Positions 27,458-37,392 of a DNA stretch of 64,000 bases are shown here, piece by piece. Origin of the DNA: an uncultured Verrucomicrobiota bacterium (lineage in GTDB: Bacteria > Verrucomicrobiota > Verrucomicrobiia > Limisphaerales > UBA8199); contig CAIQQM010000018.1 in NCBI GenBank assembly GCA_903873945.1, positions 30,719-94,718 on the forward strand, read 5' to 3'. Below the pieces are notes generated by a model. That model was not told where the DNA came from and ran no database searches. It saw only the letters and a list, made by a program, of their open reading frames with translations. Each line of letters begins with the position of its first letter. Within the stretch, counting starts at the first letter, position 1. Made by a program: the position numbers and the translations under genes.

Positions 27458-28690
27458 TCAAGCATCCAAGACGCAACCGGGTTTTGCGCCGCCGCCCAAA
27501 ATCCATTGCTGGACCAACTGCAATTGCTCCGCGACGCGCGACCAAGCGAACCGCTCCACCACCAAATCCCGCGCGCGATTTCCCATCGCCAGCCGCTCCG
27601 CGCCGGTCAGGCGCTGAAGTTCGTTCAGACCCGCGACGAGACTCGGTTCGGTCGTTTCCACTTCCAGCGCAACGCCAGTTTGAAAGCCTTCCGGCAGATT
27701 GCATTCGGGCGTCATCAGAACCGGCTTGGAATTTGCCCAGGCCTCCAGCACCACCATCGGCAAACCCTCGCTGAACGAAGGCAGCACAAATGCGTCGCAA
27801 TAATGGTAGCAGGCGGCCTTGGCCGCGTTGAATTGCGGGCCGAGAAATATAATCGGAGATGGAAGATGGAAGATGGAAGATGGCGGATTATCCCGAATGT
27901 CTGCGAAGGGAATTTGTAATTCGCCGCAGAGACGTTTCAACTCCGCCTCGTGTCCGCCCTGATCCCAGCCGGCAATTGCCAAAACCCATTCTGCGGATTG
28001 CCGGTTGCCGGTTGCCGGTTGCTGATTTATCGCCCACGCCTTCAGCAAATTAACCAGTCCTTTCTTCGGATGAATCCGGCTCAGGAAGAGCAGTACTTTT
28101 TGACCCGGATCAATAAATTTTTCCCACGGCGGCGCGGATGGGGCGGTTACTGTTGGCAGATCAATTCCGTTGGGAATGACCGCGATGGTATTTTTTAGTC
28201 CAAGCTGCCGGATGGAATGGGCTTCCGACGCACACAAGGCGCGCAGACAACGTGAGCCGCTTAAATGTTCCCGTTCGAACAGCCGCCAGGCGATCTGTTT
28301 TTTCCAGCGCGAATTTTTCAGCGCCCACGGGTCGAGCATCCCGTGCGGGGAAACGAGATAAGGCCGGCTGTTGTTCCGGCTGTAATTTATCGTGGCGATA
28401 CTCGGATAAACCCAGAGACCGTGGGTGTGGCAGATGTCCGGTGCAAAGGCGTTCAGCTCCTCAAGGAATTGGGGCGACCGGCCAATCTGCTTCGGCCAAG
28501 TTGGTTTTATTGCAGCGACCGGCACCGGATGCCATGCCTTCAAATCGGCTTCGACAAATTCGTCCCATACTCCAAACACCTTTACCGCCATGCCTTGCTG
28601 GTGTTGTGATTGCACCAGACGTGACACCGCGTCAAAAAGCCCGCCGGCCTTGCGCGAAACCGATGCTGTAAGATGGGCGGACTTGATCAT
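27458..28690 (-). CDS. Glycosyltransferase, GT-B fold (GT4 family)
   Basis: 410 aa with the typical C-terminal EGLPMVVLEAWANSKPVLMT motif. It contains two heptamer arrays in loop regions. Confidence 0.85.
   Translation of the reverse strand: MIKSAHLTASVSRKAGGLFDAVSRLVQSQHQQGMAVKVFGVWDEFVEADLKAWHPVPVAAIKPTWPKQIGRSPQFLEELNAFAPDICHTHGLWVYPSIATINYSRNNSRPYLVSPHGMLDPWALKNSRWKKQIAWRLFEREHLSGSRCLRALCASEAHSIRQLGLKNTIAVIPNGIDLPTVTAPSAPPWEKFIDPGQKVLLFLSRIHPKKGLVNLLKAWAINQQPATGNRQSAEWVLAIAGWDQGGHEAELKRLCGELQIPFADIRDNPPSSIFHLPSPIIFLGPQFNAAKAACYHYCDAFVLPSFSEGLPMVVLEAWANSKPVLMTPECNLPEGFQTGVALEVETTEPSLVAGLNELQRLTGAERLAMGNRARDLVVERFAWSRVAEQLQLVQQWILGGGAKPGCVLDA
27857..27883. repeat. Heptanucleotide tandem array (agatgga x3 + agatgg) inside a GT gene
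   Basis: Read directly from the sequence. It encodes ...PPSSIFHLPSP... in the loop before the conserved FLG motif. Confidence 0.85.
27998..28022. repeat. Heptanucleotide tandem array (ttgccgg x3 + ttgc) inside a GT gene
   Basis: Read directly from the sequence. It encodes ...NQQPATGNRQSAEW... just before the second Rossmann domain. Confidence 0.85.
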
Positions 28691-28729
28691 TTCAATAACT
28701 CAAATTTGGCGATGACTTGGTCTTTCTCG

Positions 28730-30007
28730 TCACCGGCTCAACAGCAGGTTCAGCAACAGTCGGTCAATCAACCCGGCGCGCGGACGCGGATTTTTCAGCG
28801 CCACCGCCACTGCTGCGTGCAGTCCACTGGCAAACCGTTCCGGCCCCCACGCGGTAATGATGCGGCGGCTGGCGTCGCCGAAATCGCGGAGGGGAAAATC
28901 AGCGGCGGAGATTTTCAGCAGCAGTTGCGCAAGTTCTTCCACGTGGACGGGATCAAATTGAAAACCGTTCACGCCCGGCGAAACCAAGTCTGCGGCGCAG
29001 CCGCAGCGGCTGGACACCAGCACCGGCAGGCCCGAGGCCATCGCCTCGTTGACGACGAGGCCCCACTGTTCCGTCGTGCTGGCATGAACAAAAGTGCCGG
29101 CGAGTCCGAAATACACCGGTAGCTCGCCGTATTGCTTGAAGCCGGGCAGGTGGACGCACGATGCCAGACCGAGTTCGGAAATCAGCTCTTGCAAATCGGC
29201 TTTGAGCGGGCCGTCGCCGAGCAGAACCAGGCTCCAAATTTCCGATTTCCGATTTCCGATCTCCGATTTTTGAGCGAGTTCGCGATAGTGCGCAAACGCT
29301 TCGAGGAGCCGGAAGAGATTTTTTTTCTCTACAAAGCGGGCACTCGCGAGAAAATATTTTCCGGGCAAACCGTGCTGGTTTCGGATTTCCGATTTCCAAT
29401 TCCGGGCTTCATCAGCCTTGGTTGAAAAATAGTCGTTGTCCACGACATCGTAACCGAGGAAGACGCGTTCGCGGGCGAGACCAAGCTGGGCGAGGTAATC
29501 GGCGTGCGGCGCACCGCCGGACAGCCCGGCGGAATTCAGTTTCAACAGCCGGCTTTTAATCCATTCCTTCCAGGCGACGCGCGATTCGTCCCACACAGTG
29601 CTTTCCGACATGACGACCGACGGCGTGCTCGTTTCCACGCACCAAGAAAGCGCACTCAAAGCGTCAGTGGAGGCCCAGCCCGGAATCACGACGACCTGGG
29701 GTTTGATTTTGTCCAGAGCTTCCCGCATTTTGCGGTGAAGCTCCTGTTTCCATTGTCGGTCGCCGCCCTCACGATCGGTCAGTGTGATGCGCGTGAAGTT
29801 TGCCGCGCCCTCGACCTTTTTCCACGCGTAGGTATCTTCCATGGCGCAGGCTTCCACGCCCCAGACTGACATCAGCCTGCCCGCCGCATTCAAACGGGCA
29901 TGATGATACGGGCCGAACCGTTGGAATAAAACGGCAACGCGGGTTGCTTCGGTCAATCCATTTCCGGACCGGCTGACGGAGGATGCTGGAGAATAATCCA
30001 CGTTCAA
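28730..30007 (-). CDS. Glycosyltransferase, GT-B fold (GT4 family)
   Basis: 425 aa with the motif EQWGLVVNEAMASGLPVLVS. It contains two heptamer arrays. Confidence 0.85.
   Translation of the reverse strand: MNVDYSPASSVSRSGNGLTEATRVAVLFQRFGPYHHARLNAAGRLMSVWGVEACAMEDTYAWKKVEGAANFTRITLTDREGGDRQWKQELHRKMREALDKIKPQVVVIPGWASTDALSALSWCVETSTPSVVMSESTVWDESRVAWKEWIKSRLLKLNSAGLSGGAPHADYLAQLGLARERVFLGYDVVDNDYFSTKADEARNWKSEIRNQHGLPGKYFLASARFVEKKNLFRLLEAFAHYRELAQKSEIGNRKSEIWSLVLLGDGPLKADLQELISELGLASCVHLPGFKQYGELPVYFGLAGTFVHASTTEQWGLVVNEAMASGLPVLVSSRCGCAADLVSPGVNGFQFDPVHVEELAQLLLKISAADFPLRDFGDASRRIITAWGPERFASGLHAAVAVALKNPRPRAGLIDRLLLNLLLSR
29239..29266. repeat. Heptanucleotide tandem array (tttccga x3 + tctccga) inside a GT gene
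   Basis: Read directly from the sequence. It encodes ...AQKSEIGNRKSEIWSLVLLGDG..., at a position homologous to the 27998 array in the neighbouring paralog. Confidence 0.85.
29379..29406. repeat. Degenerate heptanucleotide array (tttcgga tttccga tttccaa ttccggg) inside a GT gene
   Basis: Read directly from the sequence. It encodes ...EARNWKSEIRNQHGLPG... Confidence 0.75.
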
Positions 30008-30028
30008 AAATTACCGGGTGGTTTCAAC

Positions 30029-31597
30029 TCAAACGGCAGGAGGCGGGGTGTTCATAGCGGTATTGTGGTTTTGTAAATCCGTTGGAGGCTGAACCGCCGC
30101 CACCCGTGACGGTTTTCTTTTCACAAATCCGCCCCGGGTTGAGCGCCCGGCAAAGGCGAATGGGCGGCCAACTACAGAACGCGGGCGATTGCTCGGATGA
30201 GCCGACACTTGGGCTGCCGGGGTTCTCCGGATGGTCTGGTGCGGGTGACGATCCAGCCACCATACGGCCAGTGCGCCAAATACAAACGGGTACAGGGTGA
30301 TCAGCGTGATATCGCGGCCGAGGTTGAAAGTGAGAATCAAGCCCAGACTATACAGGGGCAGCCGGCCCAATGCCTGGACATTCAAGTCCAACCGGGCCAG
30401 CCAGGCGACCCAAAGGCTCATCAATAACGCTGCGGCCGCCGGCCCGAAAAAGCGGCCAAAGTTCACCACGCCTTGACCGATGAAACCGGTGGCAATGGTG
30501 GTGTCCACCGTTCCATTTGGATTGACAGTATGATGTCCGCGAGCGATGGCATAGTCCAGCCCGATCAGGGGTTTGCCCGGCCAGAGTCCGCGCGGAATCG
30601 GGTTCACCAGTTCGGCGAAGTAGCGTTTTCCCCAATTTACCCGATAGGTGCCATTGTCTATGAAGGTGCTGATCCAACATAGTTCCTCAAACATATTCAG
30701 GCCCTCGTTGTGAACATGTTCTTCCGCACCAAGATTCAGCCCCTTTTGATGGAAGGCGGCGGTGATGGTCATGTTGGAACGGTTGGCAATGATAAACTTC
30801 ATCCAAGTGTTGACCACAAGAAAACAGGCCAGGAGCACGAGAATTTTTTTCCACATTCCTCCCCGCAGGCGCAGAAATACCCAGCTCAAAATGGCGGGAA
30901 TCACCATGGCGAGCATCATGTTTCGTGTGCGGTCAAAAATGAAAAAGGGCCACGCCAGCACGCAAAAGAGCAAGGCATAGCGGCGGATGCGGCGGTCCGT
31001 GGCCAGCGCCGCCACCACGCCGAACATCGTGGTGGACAGCAATTGCAGATAAACTGCCAGAATGGAAAAACAGTCAAAACCGACGCCGATTTGCCCGTGC
31101 GACCAAGGACTGACCTTGTAACCCAAAAATGGAAACAGGTAGTAAATGACCTGTCCTTTGAGCACCAACACCGAAACCAGAAACAGGATGACCCAAACCA
31201 CGGCGCATCCAAAAAACAGCAGGTTCAATTGCCGTTGGATCGTCGGATAGCCGACCCCGTGCTGAAACAACTGGAGCACGCCGCTGCGACGATTGAAATA
31301 ACGGGCATTGATTGACTGGTGAACGGGCGGGGTGGCCACGAGAAACACCAACAGAAACCAGGCCACTTGCCACCAGGCTCCGGACAACGTGGCGGCGTCA
31401 AACAGCTTGGCATGATTGTTTGCATAATCGTTGTAAAACACATCGCCCACATACCAGGTTGCTGCCGTGCCGAGAACCGCCAGCAAGGGCAGCCCCGTGC
31501 CATCGTTCAAACGCTGGAACGCCCCAATGCCGCCGCCTATAAGCAAGGCAATCACCACCCAAAAAGAGACGGGCATTATGAACAAAAGTTGAAACAT
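30029..31597 (-). CDS. Polytopic membrane protein, Wzy-type polysaccharide polymerase-like
   Basis: 522 aa with many TM helices and one large loop. It sits in a GT-rich EPS locus. The ~80 aa basic, Pro-rich C-terminal tail is unusual. Confidence 0.55.
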   Translation of the reverse strand: MFQLLFIMPVSFWVVIALLIGGGIGAFQRLNDGTGLPLLAVLGTAATWYVGDVFYNDYANNHAKLFDAATLSGAWWQVAWFLLVFLVATPPVHQSINARYFNRRSGVLQLFQHGVGYPTIQRQLNLLFFGCAVVWVILFLVSVLVLKGQVIYYLFPFLGYKVSPWSHGQIGVGFDCFSILAVYLQLLSTTMFGVVAALATDRRIRRYALLFCVLAWPFFIFDRTRNMMLAMVIPAILSWVFLRLRGGMWKKILVLLACFLVVNTWMKFIIANRSNMTITAAFHQKGLNLGAEEHVHNEGLNMFEELCWISTFIDNGTYRVNWGKRYFAELVNPIPRGLWPGKPLIGLDYAIARGHHTVNPNGTVDTTIATGFIGQGVVNFGRFFGPAAAALLMSLWVAWLARLDLNVQALGRLPLYSLGLILTFNLGRDITLITLYPFVFGALAVWWLDRHPHQTIRRTPAAQVSAHPSNRPRSVVGRPFAFAGRSTRGGFVKRKPSRVAAVQPPTDLQNHNTAMNTPPPAV

Positions 31598-31679
31598 AGG
31601 TGACCGGTTGATGAGCTTAAAAACTATGTCCGCTGATCAAAATATTCAAATGCAGGCATGTGGAATCATGGGAAACAGT

Positions 31680-32930
31680 TCACAGCAAACCCGATTCCAA
31701 CCGCATCAGGTCAACCGCCAGCCGGTCGAGGGTGAACTGGCTGGCTTTAATTAAGGCCGCCGCCGACTGTTTGGTCAGCAAATCAGGTTCCGCCAAAAAA
31801 CGCCGCAGTGTCTGCGCCAGCGCGCTGGCATCACGCGCCGGAATCAAAAAACCATCCACGCCGTCGCCAACCACTTTGCCGCAGCAATCCGTGACGATGA
31901 CCGGCAGGCCATGTGCCATCGCCTCCAGTTGAGTAATGGCAAACCCGTCCGAGAGGGTTGGCAAAACAAAAACATGAGACCGCCGATACCAGCTTGCCGC
32001 CTGATCGCGAACGGCACGGCCATGAAATGTCACATTGCGCGGCGCGGTTGCCAAGGCTGTTTGAGAAATACCGATGGTTCCCACCACGTCAAAATGAATG
32101 TTCTCCCGTTCCAGTTGCCGCGCCGCTGCGAGGAGATATTGAATGCCCTTGCGCAAAATCACCTGGCCAAGAAACAACACCCGCAACGGCTTATCCGGTT
32201 GCCGGTGGTTGATGGCCGCTGGCCGATTTATTCCATCGGGCTCATAGCACAGCGGAATGACAATCAATTTTTCCGCCGGGACTCTCTGCCGGAGGAGGGC
32301 CTGGCGGGAAAATTCCGAATTGACCACGACGCGGTCGGCCGCCTTCCATTCCCGTTCCCTGCGTGCAAAATACTCTTCCGGCACCTGAACCGGTTGAAGC
32401 GCCCAGCCGGGCCACTGTTTTTCCTCCGCTCGAACCAGTTCCACTTCGACGCGGTTTGGATCCATCTGGTTCAAAATGCATTTGACGTCCCGCTCCCGGC
32501 ACCATTCGAGAGCTTCCAATGCTCCGGTGTCATAGGCAAAAAAAATGAAGTCTCGATTTGCCTCCAGCCGGCGCTTCAATTCTCCCCGCACGCATTGAGC
32601 AAACCGCCGGCCAATTTTAATGAAACCGTGATAAGGTGTTTGTCGGGCGGCAATATTTCGCAAGTGTTTTTCCCAGAAAAGCGCCCGGACGTTCCATGAT
32701 TTGATGGTTGCCGTGCTGATGGTTTCAAAGCCGGGGTGACAGCGCGCACCCAATGGACGCAACGGACCCACAAATGATTTGCGAAGCATCCGCCCGGCCC
32801 AGAAATCAGTGCAAAGCGTCACTGACCGTCCGGCTTGCTGCAGGGCGCGCGGAATGGCGTAGTGTTCGCGCGCGCCGATCTGGCTGCAAATCCAGACTGG
32901 AAATTTTTGACGGCTGGCGGCCATGTTCAA
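31680..32930 (-). CDS. Glycosyltransferase, GT-B fold (GT4 family)
   Basis: 416 aa with the motif LSDGFAITQLEAMAHGLPVIVTD. Confidence 0.8.
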   Translation of the reverse strand: MNMAASRQKFPVWICSQIGAREHYAIPRALQQAGRSVTLCTDFWAGRMLRKSFVGPLRPLGARCHPGFETISTATIKSWNVRALFWEKHLRNIAARQTPYHGFIKIGRRFAQCVRGELKRRLEANRDFIFFAYDTGALEALEWCRERDVKCILNQMDPNRVEVELVRAEEKQWPGWALQPVQVPEEYFARREREWKAADRVVVNSEFSRQALLRQRVPAEKLIVIPLCYEPDGINRPAAINHRQPDKPLRVLFLGQVILRKGIQYLLAAARQLERENIHFDVVGTIGISQTALATAPRNVTFHGRAVRDQAASWYRRSHVFVLPTLSDGFAITQLEAMAHGLPVIVTDCCGKVVGDGVDGFLIPARDASALAQTLRRFLAEPDLLTKQSAAALIKASQFTLDRLAVDLMRLESGLL

Positions 32931-33004
32931 AATGGATTATGGAACGCGTCCAACATATAAACCTCGAACAGCGTCAGCCAGCAGGTCAGAACATTTCCAT
33001 CAAA

Positions 33005-34981
33005 TCAAGGCAAGCCCAGCCCTACCTGCAGGTCTGTTGGCGGGCGAGGGCGGCTGGTGGGATTGGTTGTCCACGTGCTTCCATTCCAATAAAACGTGGT
33101 CACCTGCGTATTGGTGAGAGTGACGCTGCTGGTCATGGTTTGGTCGAAATAGACCGGCACAGATGCCCCGCTGTAAGCCGCGTTGGTGATGACAATGGCC
33201 GCGTCGGATGGAATATGGCCGGCATCCGCCGTTACCAGATAATTGGGGACGCTTGCACTGTATGGGTAGGTCATCCGATACCGTGAACCGCCGCCATAGC
33301 TAATGGCGTTGGTCGGGCCCCACTCGCCATTCAGGATGATGGTTCCCCAATAATTGTTGTTGGTGGAAACATCTGAATAGGAGGCCAAAATGTTATCGGT
33401 TTCAAACTTGACTCCTCCACTTTGCCCACTTAAGTCATTGGAATAAACATTGCAGTTGGTTACCCAATTTTGCGTCCACACAAAGGTTAACCATTGCTGT
33501 CCAACTAGGGTGTTATTGTAAAACTTGACTCCATCTATGCGAGCAGGATCATCGTAGCCACTTCCACCATTAAGCCACAACGCTTTGGCACTGTTTGAGA
33601 CATAATTTCTGTAGATTACAATATTGGTGTTGCAGGCATCCGGCGATCCTGCCTGCGCTCCTGATTGCCCAATAACAAAGGCTATGTAGTTGTAGCTTCC
33701 AGTATTCAACAAACGATTGCTGCAAACGGTCACATTTGCCGCCGGGCAGGTGGCGATGACGTTGCCGCTGAAATCCACATACATCAGGTTGTTGGAAATG
33801 ACGTAGGGCTGATTGGTCAACGTGCCGCCGTTCAGCGAAATGACATTATGTTCCATGTTGGTGACATAATTGTTGATGAAGCGGGAGGGGCGCACATCGG
33901 AGTATTTCAAATAAAATTCTTCAACCTGATACATGTTCGAGAACGTGCAACCAGTGATGGTATGCGAGGTGTTGTAGTTGAACGCCGTAGCGTTGCCGTC
34001 CGTGAAAATGCAGTTGGTGACCACCGTGTCGGCTCCGCCGCCATCCGTGCCGGTGAGCCCTTTGAGCATCTCGCCTCGAAAATGCTGGAATTTGCAGCGT
34101 GCAAATGTTTTCAAGACCGGCAGCGGGTCACTGCCCAAATCCACGCTTGCCGCAGACGATCCGTCCCAGCCACGCCCATCAAAAGCGTTTGCATATTCAC
34201 TGGCACCATAGCCGTTGTGACCCACCGGCAATCCCCCGTCAAATGTGAGGTTGGTGAATACAATGGGGTAGTTGTTTGTAATCGGGCCTTGAACCGTGAA
34301 GATAAACCCGCGAAGGCAGATTTGAGCATAATTGGTCTGTTTGGGCGCATAATTATAGACCCATGAACCGCTTTGCTGCTTCCACGCGCCATCACCCATC
34401 AAGACGGTCGAATCACGGTCTGCGCCCACGAAACTCAATCCACCGCCGTGAATGGCAAAGCCGGCGTCCAGGGGGATGAAAAAATCCGGGTTGGGAACAA
34501 AGTTGGTGTATTGGATGGCCGGAAGCATCAAAAAGGTTCCCGCCGGAATGTTGATGATGGTGTTCGTGCCGCTGGCGGCATTGATCGCCGCCTGAAAACT
34601 GGCGGAATTATCCGTGCCATAGATGCAATAAACACCGTTGGAAGTCACCTGCGGAACATCACCGGAAATGTATGCCGTATTGCCGGCCACATTGGTAATG
34701 ACGGCAATCATGTCTTGGTAATTCGTTGACCAAACCCCGGTGATGTTGTTGCCAATCCGTTTCCGACCCACGGCAAACAGTTCAATCGCCTTGCCAATGG
34801 CGGCGGCGGACAGCGTATTGGTAAAGCCCACCGCCACGGAATTGCTCGTAGTATGCACCCAAACTTGCCGGGCGTCGCCTTTGGCACCAAAGCTGGTGAC
34901 ATTTAGTGAGCTTAGGGCGTGGGCAGAGAGGGAAGCCACGGTTAGCGTCAAAATCACGAGATTTCGAATCAGTTTGCTCAT
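33005..34981 (-). CDS. Secreted right-handed beta-helix protein (pectate-lyase-3/tailspike-like); candidate polysaccharide-modifying or -degrading enzyme
   Basis: I trimmed the start to MSKLIRNLVILTLTVASLSAHA (ATG at 34981). A signal peptide is followed by VTSFGAKGDA, the typical start of pectate_lyase_3 domains. The rest is Asn/Gly/Thr-rich with repetitive beta-helix character. Confidence 0.65.
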   Translation of the reverse strand: MSKLIRNLVILTLTVASLSAHALSSLNVTSFGAKGDARQVWVHTTSNSVAVGFTNTLSAAAIGKAIELFAVGRKRIGNNITGVWSTNYQDMIAVITNVAGNTAYISGDVPQVTSNGVYCIYGTDNSASFQAAINAASGTNTIINIPAGTFLMLPAIQYTNFVPNPDFFIPLDAGFAIHGGGLSFVGADRDSTVLMGDGAWKQQSGSWVYNYAPKQTNYAQICLRGFIFTVQGPITNNYPIVFTNLTFDGGLPVGHNGYGASEYANAFDGRGWDGSSAASVDLGSDPLPVLKTFARCKFQHFRGEMLKGLTGTDGGGADTVVTNCIFTDGNATAFNYNTSHTITGCTFSNMYQVEEFYLKYSDVRPSRFINNYVTNMEHNVISLNGGTLTNQPYVISNNLMYVDFSGNVIATCPAANVTVCSNRLLNTGSYNYIAFVIGQSGAQAGSPDACNTNIVIYRNYVSNSAKALWLNGGSGYDDPARIDGVKFYNNTLVGQQWLTFVWTQNWVTNCNVYSNDLSGQSGGVKFETDNILASYSDVSTNNNYWGTIILNGEWGPTNAISYGGGSRYRMTYPYSASVPNYLVTADAGHIPSDAAIVITNAAYSGASVPVYFDQTMTSSVTLTNTQVTTFYWNGSTWTTNPTSRPRPPTDLQVGLGLP

Positions 34982-35236
34982 GGAACGATCACTTTTCACA
35001 ACAATTGTTTTAGGGTGACACAAAATTAAAACATCATTTCAGCCAGCTCCTGTCAGCGGCCCAAAAGCAATAAAATGATACAGTCGCCAGCACGCTGCCA
35101 AAGTTCGTGACAAATCCGCTGCTCAAAACTGACTGGTCATGCATTCCAATTCATTTCAAGCAAAGTCCATGCCGTCTCCGGCTTTTAAGCGCTGCTCTTC
35201 GTTGGTTTTGCCGTGGAAAAACGCCCGGCGCTGTGT

Positions 35237-36121
35237 CTACTTCAGTTTCAACCACGCCCGATAATGTTTCCACGCAATCGGCTCCCGTTTTTTTAGGCAG
35301 TAGGAAATGCCTTTCAGCGCCTGCCACCACCAAACCGGTTCGCGGATCACCCAACCGCCTCCTCGTTTGCAGGCGTATCGGAACTGTGAAAAAGTTCTGT
35401 AAAGCGCCAGCCCGAAACATTGCGAAAAGGGGCAGCGCAGCCAGACGCTCCACATCTCGTTGCGCGAATGACGATGATGATTGCGCAGTTCGCTGCGTGT
35501 GGCTCCCGAATAATGATGCCGGATGGTGATCTGCGGGGTGAACAGAACTTCATAGCCCGCCGCCACGCATTGCAGTGCGTAGTCCGGTTCTTCATACATG
35601 TGGAAAAACTTCGGTTCAAAGCCGGGCAGTTGCAAATAAGTCGAACGGCGCAACACCGCACCGGAATTGGCGAAAGACCGGGTCGGACGCGCCGGGCCGA
35701 AATCTGTCTGCAAGAGGGTTTCGGGATATTCATCCGTGCGTTGCGGAAAATGAGCGATGGCCACTTTGGGATTCTGCTCGAACATCGGCGCGATGCGCGC
35801 CAGGCAATCCGATTGTTCCGGATAACTGTCATCATCCAGCGCCAGCACCAGATCGCCGCGCGCTTCACGCATCATCCAGTCGCGCGATGCCACCGAACCT
35901 TTGCCCGCCTCATTCACGATCAATTTCAACTTTCCGCCTTCCTGTTCCTGACTCTCGGCCTTTAGCATTTCCGCTTTTACAATTTCAACCGTTTCATCCG
36001 TGCAGCCATCGGCAGTGACCAAAATTTCGACCGGAGCCGGATTTAACTCACGCAGTACCTGAAGCGTCCGGCGCAAATCAGTCGCCCGGTTTTTGGTGGT
36101 GATCATGACGGTGAATGTCAT
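35237..36121 (-). CDS. Glycosyltransferase family 2 (GT-A fold)
   Basis: I trimmed the start to MTFTVMITTKNRATDLRRTLQVL (ATG at 36121). It has the DxD motif LALDDDSYPE. Confidence 0.8.
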   Translation of the reverse strand: MTFTVMITTKNRATDLRRTLQVLRELNPAPVEILVTADGCTDETVEIVKAEMLKAESQEQEGGKLKLIVNEAGKGSVASRDWMMREARGDLVLALDDDSYPEQSDCLARIAPMFEQNPKVAIAHFPQRTDEYPETLLQTDFGPARPTRSFANSGAVLRRSTYLQLPGFEPKFFHMYEEPDYALQCVAAGYEVLFTPQITIRHHYSGATRSELRNHHRHSRNEMWSVWLRCPFSQCFGLALYRTFSQFRYACKRGGGWVIREPVWWWQALKGISYCLKKREPIAWKHYRAWLKLK

Positions 36122-36132
36122 TCGTGGAAAAT

Positions 36133-36498
36133 TCAGTTTGCTGCCATTTTCTCCAGTAAAGTTTTGTGCAGCGCGGGCATTAAATTTCGATCGTCCGTCT
36201 CCGTCAGCAACCCAGACATCAACCACGCGTTATTGATACGGCGGGATTCTGTTTGATCTTGTGCCAGGGCATGTTCAATGGTCTTGCGTGGCGAAAAACC
36301 AAAGTCTGCTGGATCAACCCATCTGGCCCTGGTTAAGAATCGTTTTTTAACGCTGGGATGGGCATGGTAAACGGATATGCAATCGGCGCGCGCCGCATTC
36401 ACGAATTTTTCCTGTCCATCTCGGAATCCCCCCATTCCTTGACACGGAACTGCTCCGAAACAATCCGGCATCTGTAATTCACATGACTTGATGATCAA
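36133..36498 (-). CDS. Hypothetical protein
   Basis: 121 aa ORF tightly packed in the operon, with a 4-nt overlap to the upstream gene and a 12-nt gap to the next. I recognise no motif. Confidence 0.45.
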   Translation of the reverse strand: MIIKSCELQMPDCFGAVPCQGMGGFRDGQEKFVNAARADCISVYHAHPSVKKRFLTRARWVDPADFGFSPRKTIEHALAQDQTESRRINNAWLMSGLLTETDDRNLMPALHKTLLEKMAAN

Positions 36499-37373
36499 GA
36501 TTTTTTGAGCACCCTGGCGGCGCGCGTCTGCTCAAACAGTTTCACGCGGTCGCTCCAGAAATCACCGAGGGTTCGCCACAAGGCCACGCCCTCCAACGAG
36601 GTTGAGGCGCAGCAAAACAGGCTTCCCAAATTGTGAATCTTTGGACGTCCAGCGCCCGCGAACGACAACAGCACATCTTCGCCGTTCGCAAGATTGGTCA
36701 TGTCGGTGATGCCCATTTGACCAGCCAGTGCAAACAGCCGGTCCAAATGCCGCCGGGTGAAAGCATACGCGCCGATCAATACGTCCACCTCGGTGTTTTT
36801 TTCACTGACATGATGAAACGGGCTGCCGTTTGAAGAGGCCGTGCCGGGCAGATAAAGGTTGCCCGTCAATCCATGCGGAACTTTTTCGTCATCCAGCAGC
36901 CGCTTAAAAAAAACGGCCCATTGCGCGGGAGTTGGAAAAATATCGTCGTCCACCGAGAGGAAATAATCCCCCGGTTCCGCCGCCGCCAAAACAAAACGAT
37001 AGCCTGGACGGGTCGGCTTGGTTTCATCCACCAAAACCAGTCGCGGATCCACCAGTTTGACATGCTCGGCGATGCGCACCTTATGATTGCTATTGGAGAC
37101 GATGACCTTTTGCACGAAGCTGTTTTTAAGCGCGCCGGCGACCAGCAGAGGCAGGTTTTGCGGACGGTTATGACTGAGCAGGATGACCGTGCATCGCTTG
37201 TTTCCAGTATTGACAGCGTCCGTTTCAGGTCGAGCCAATGTCCGACACCAAGCCTTATATCGAGTCAACAATTGAAGTGCCTCAACAACGATGAAGAGTT
37301 TGTGCTTAAAACTGCGCCGGCCGGAGAAAGTCTGAAATAGATAGCGATATTGAGCTGATAAAAAAGCATCCAT
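36495..37373 (-). CDS. Putative GT-A glycosyltransferase, GT64 (exostosin C-terminal)-like
   Basis: 292 aa. It has VILLSHNRPQNL, the DxD motif LSVDDDIF, and NGEDVLLSF, which resembles the GT64 CEDIxMNF motif. Confidence 0.5.
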   Translation of the reverse strand: MDAFLSAQYRYLFQTFSGRRSFKHKLFIVVEALQLLTRYKAWCRTLARPETDAVNTGNKRCTVILLSHNRPQNLPLLVAGALKNSFVQKVIVSNSNHKVRIAEHVKLVDPRLVLVDETKPTRPGYRFVLAAAEPGDYFLSVDDDIFPTPAQWAVFFKRLLDDEKVPHGLTGNLYLPGTASSNGSPFHHVSEKNTEVDVLIGAYAFTRRHLDRLFALAGQMGITDMTNLANGEDVLLSFAGAGRPKIHNLGSLFCCASTSLEGVALWRTLGDFWSDRVKLFEQTRAARVLKKS

Positions 37374-37392
37374 TTAAGTTCGGGATTCTGAT

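Noticed and set aside
35921-35995. Direct 10-nt repeat (caatttcaac) flanking the segment encoding KAEMLKAESQEQEGGKLKL in the GT2 gene
   Set aside because: A single short repeat pair inside an intact ORF could be chance. There is no tandem structure or frame consequence.
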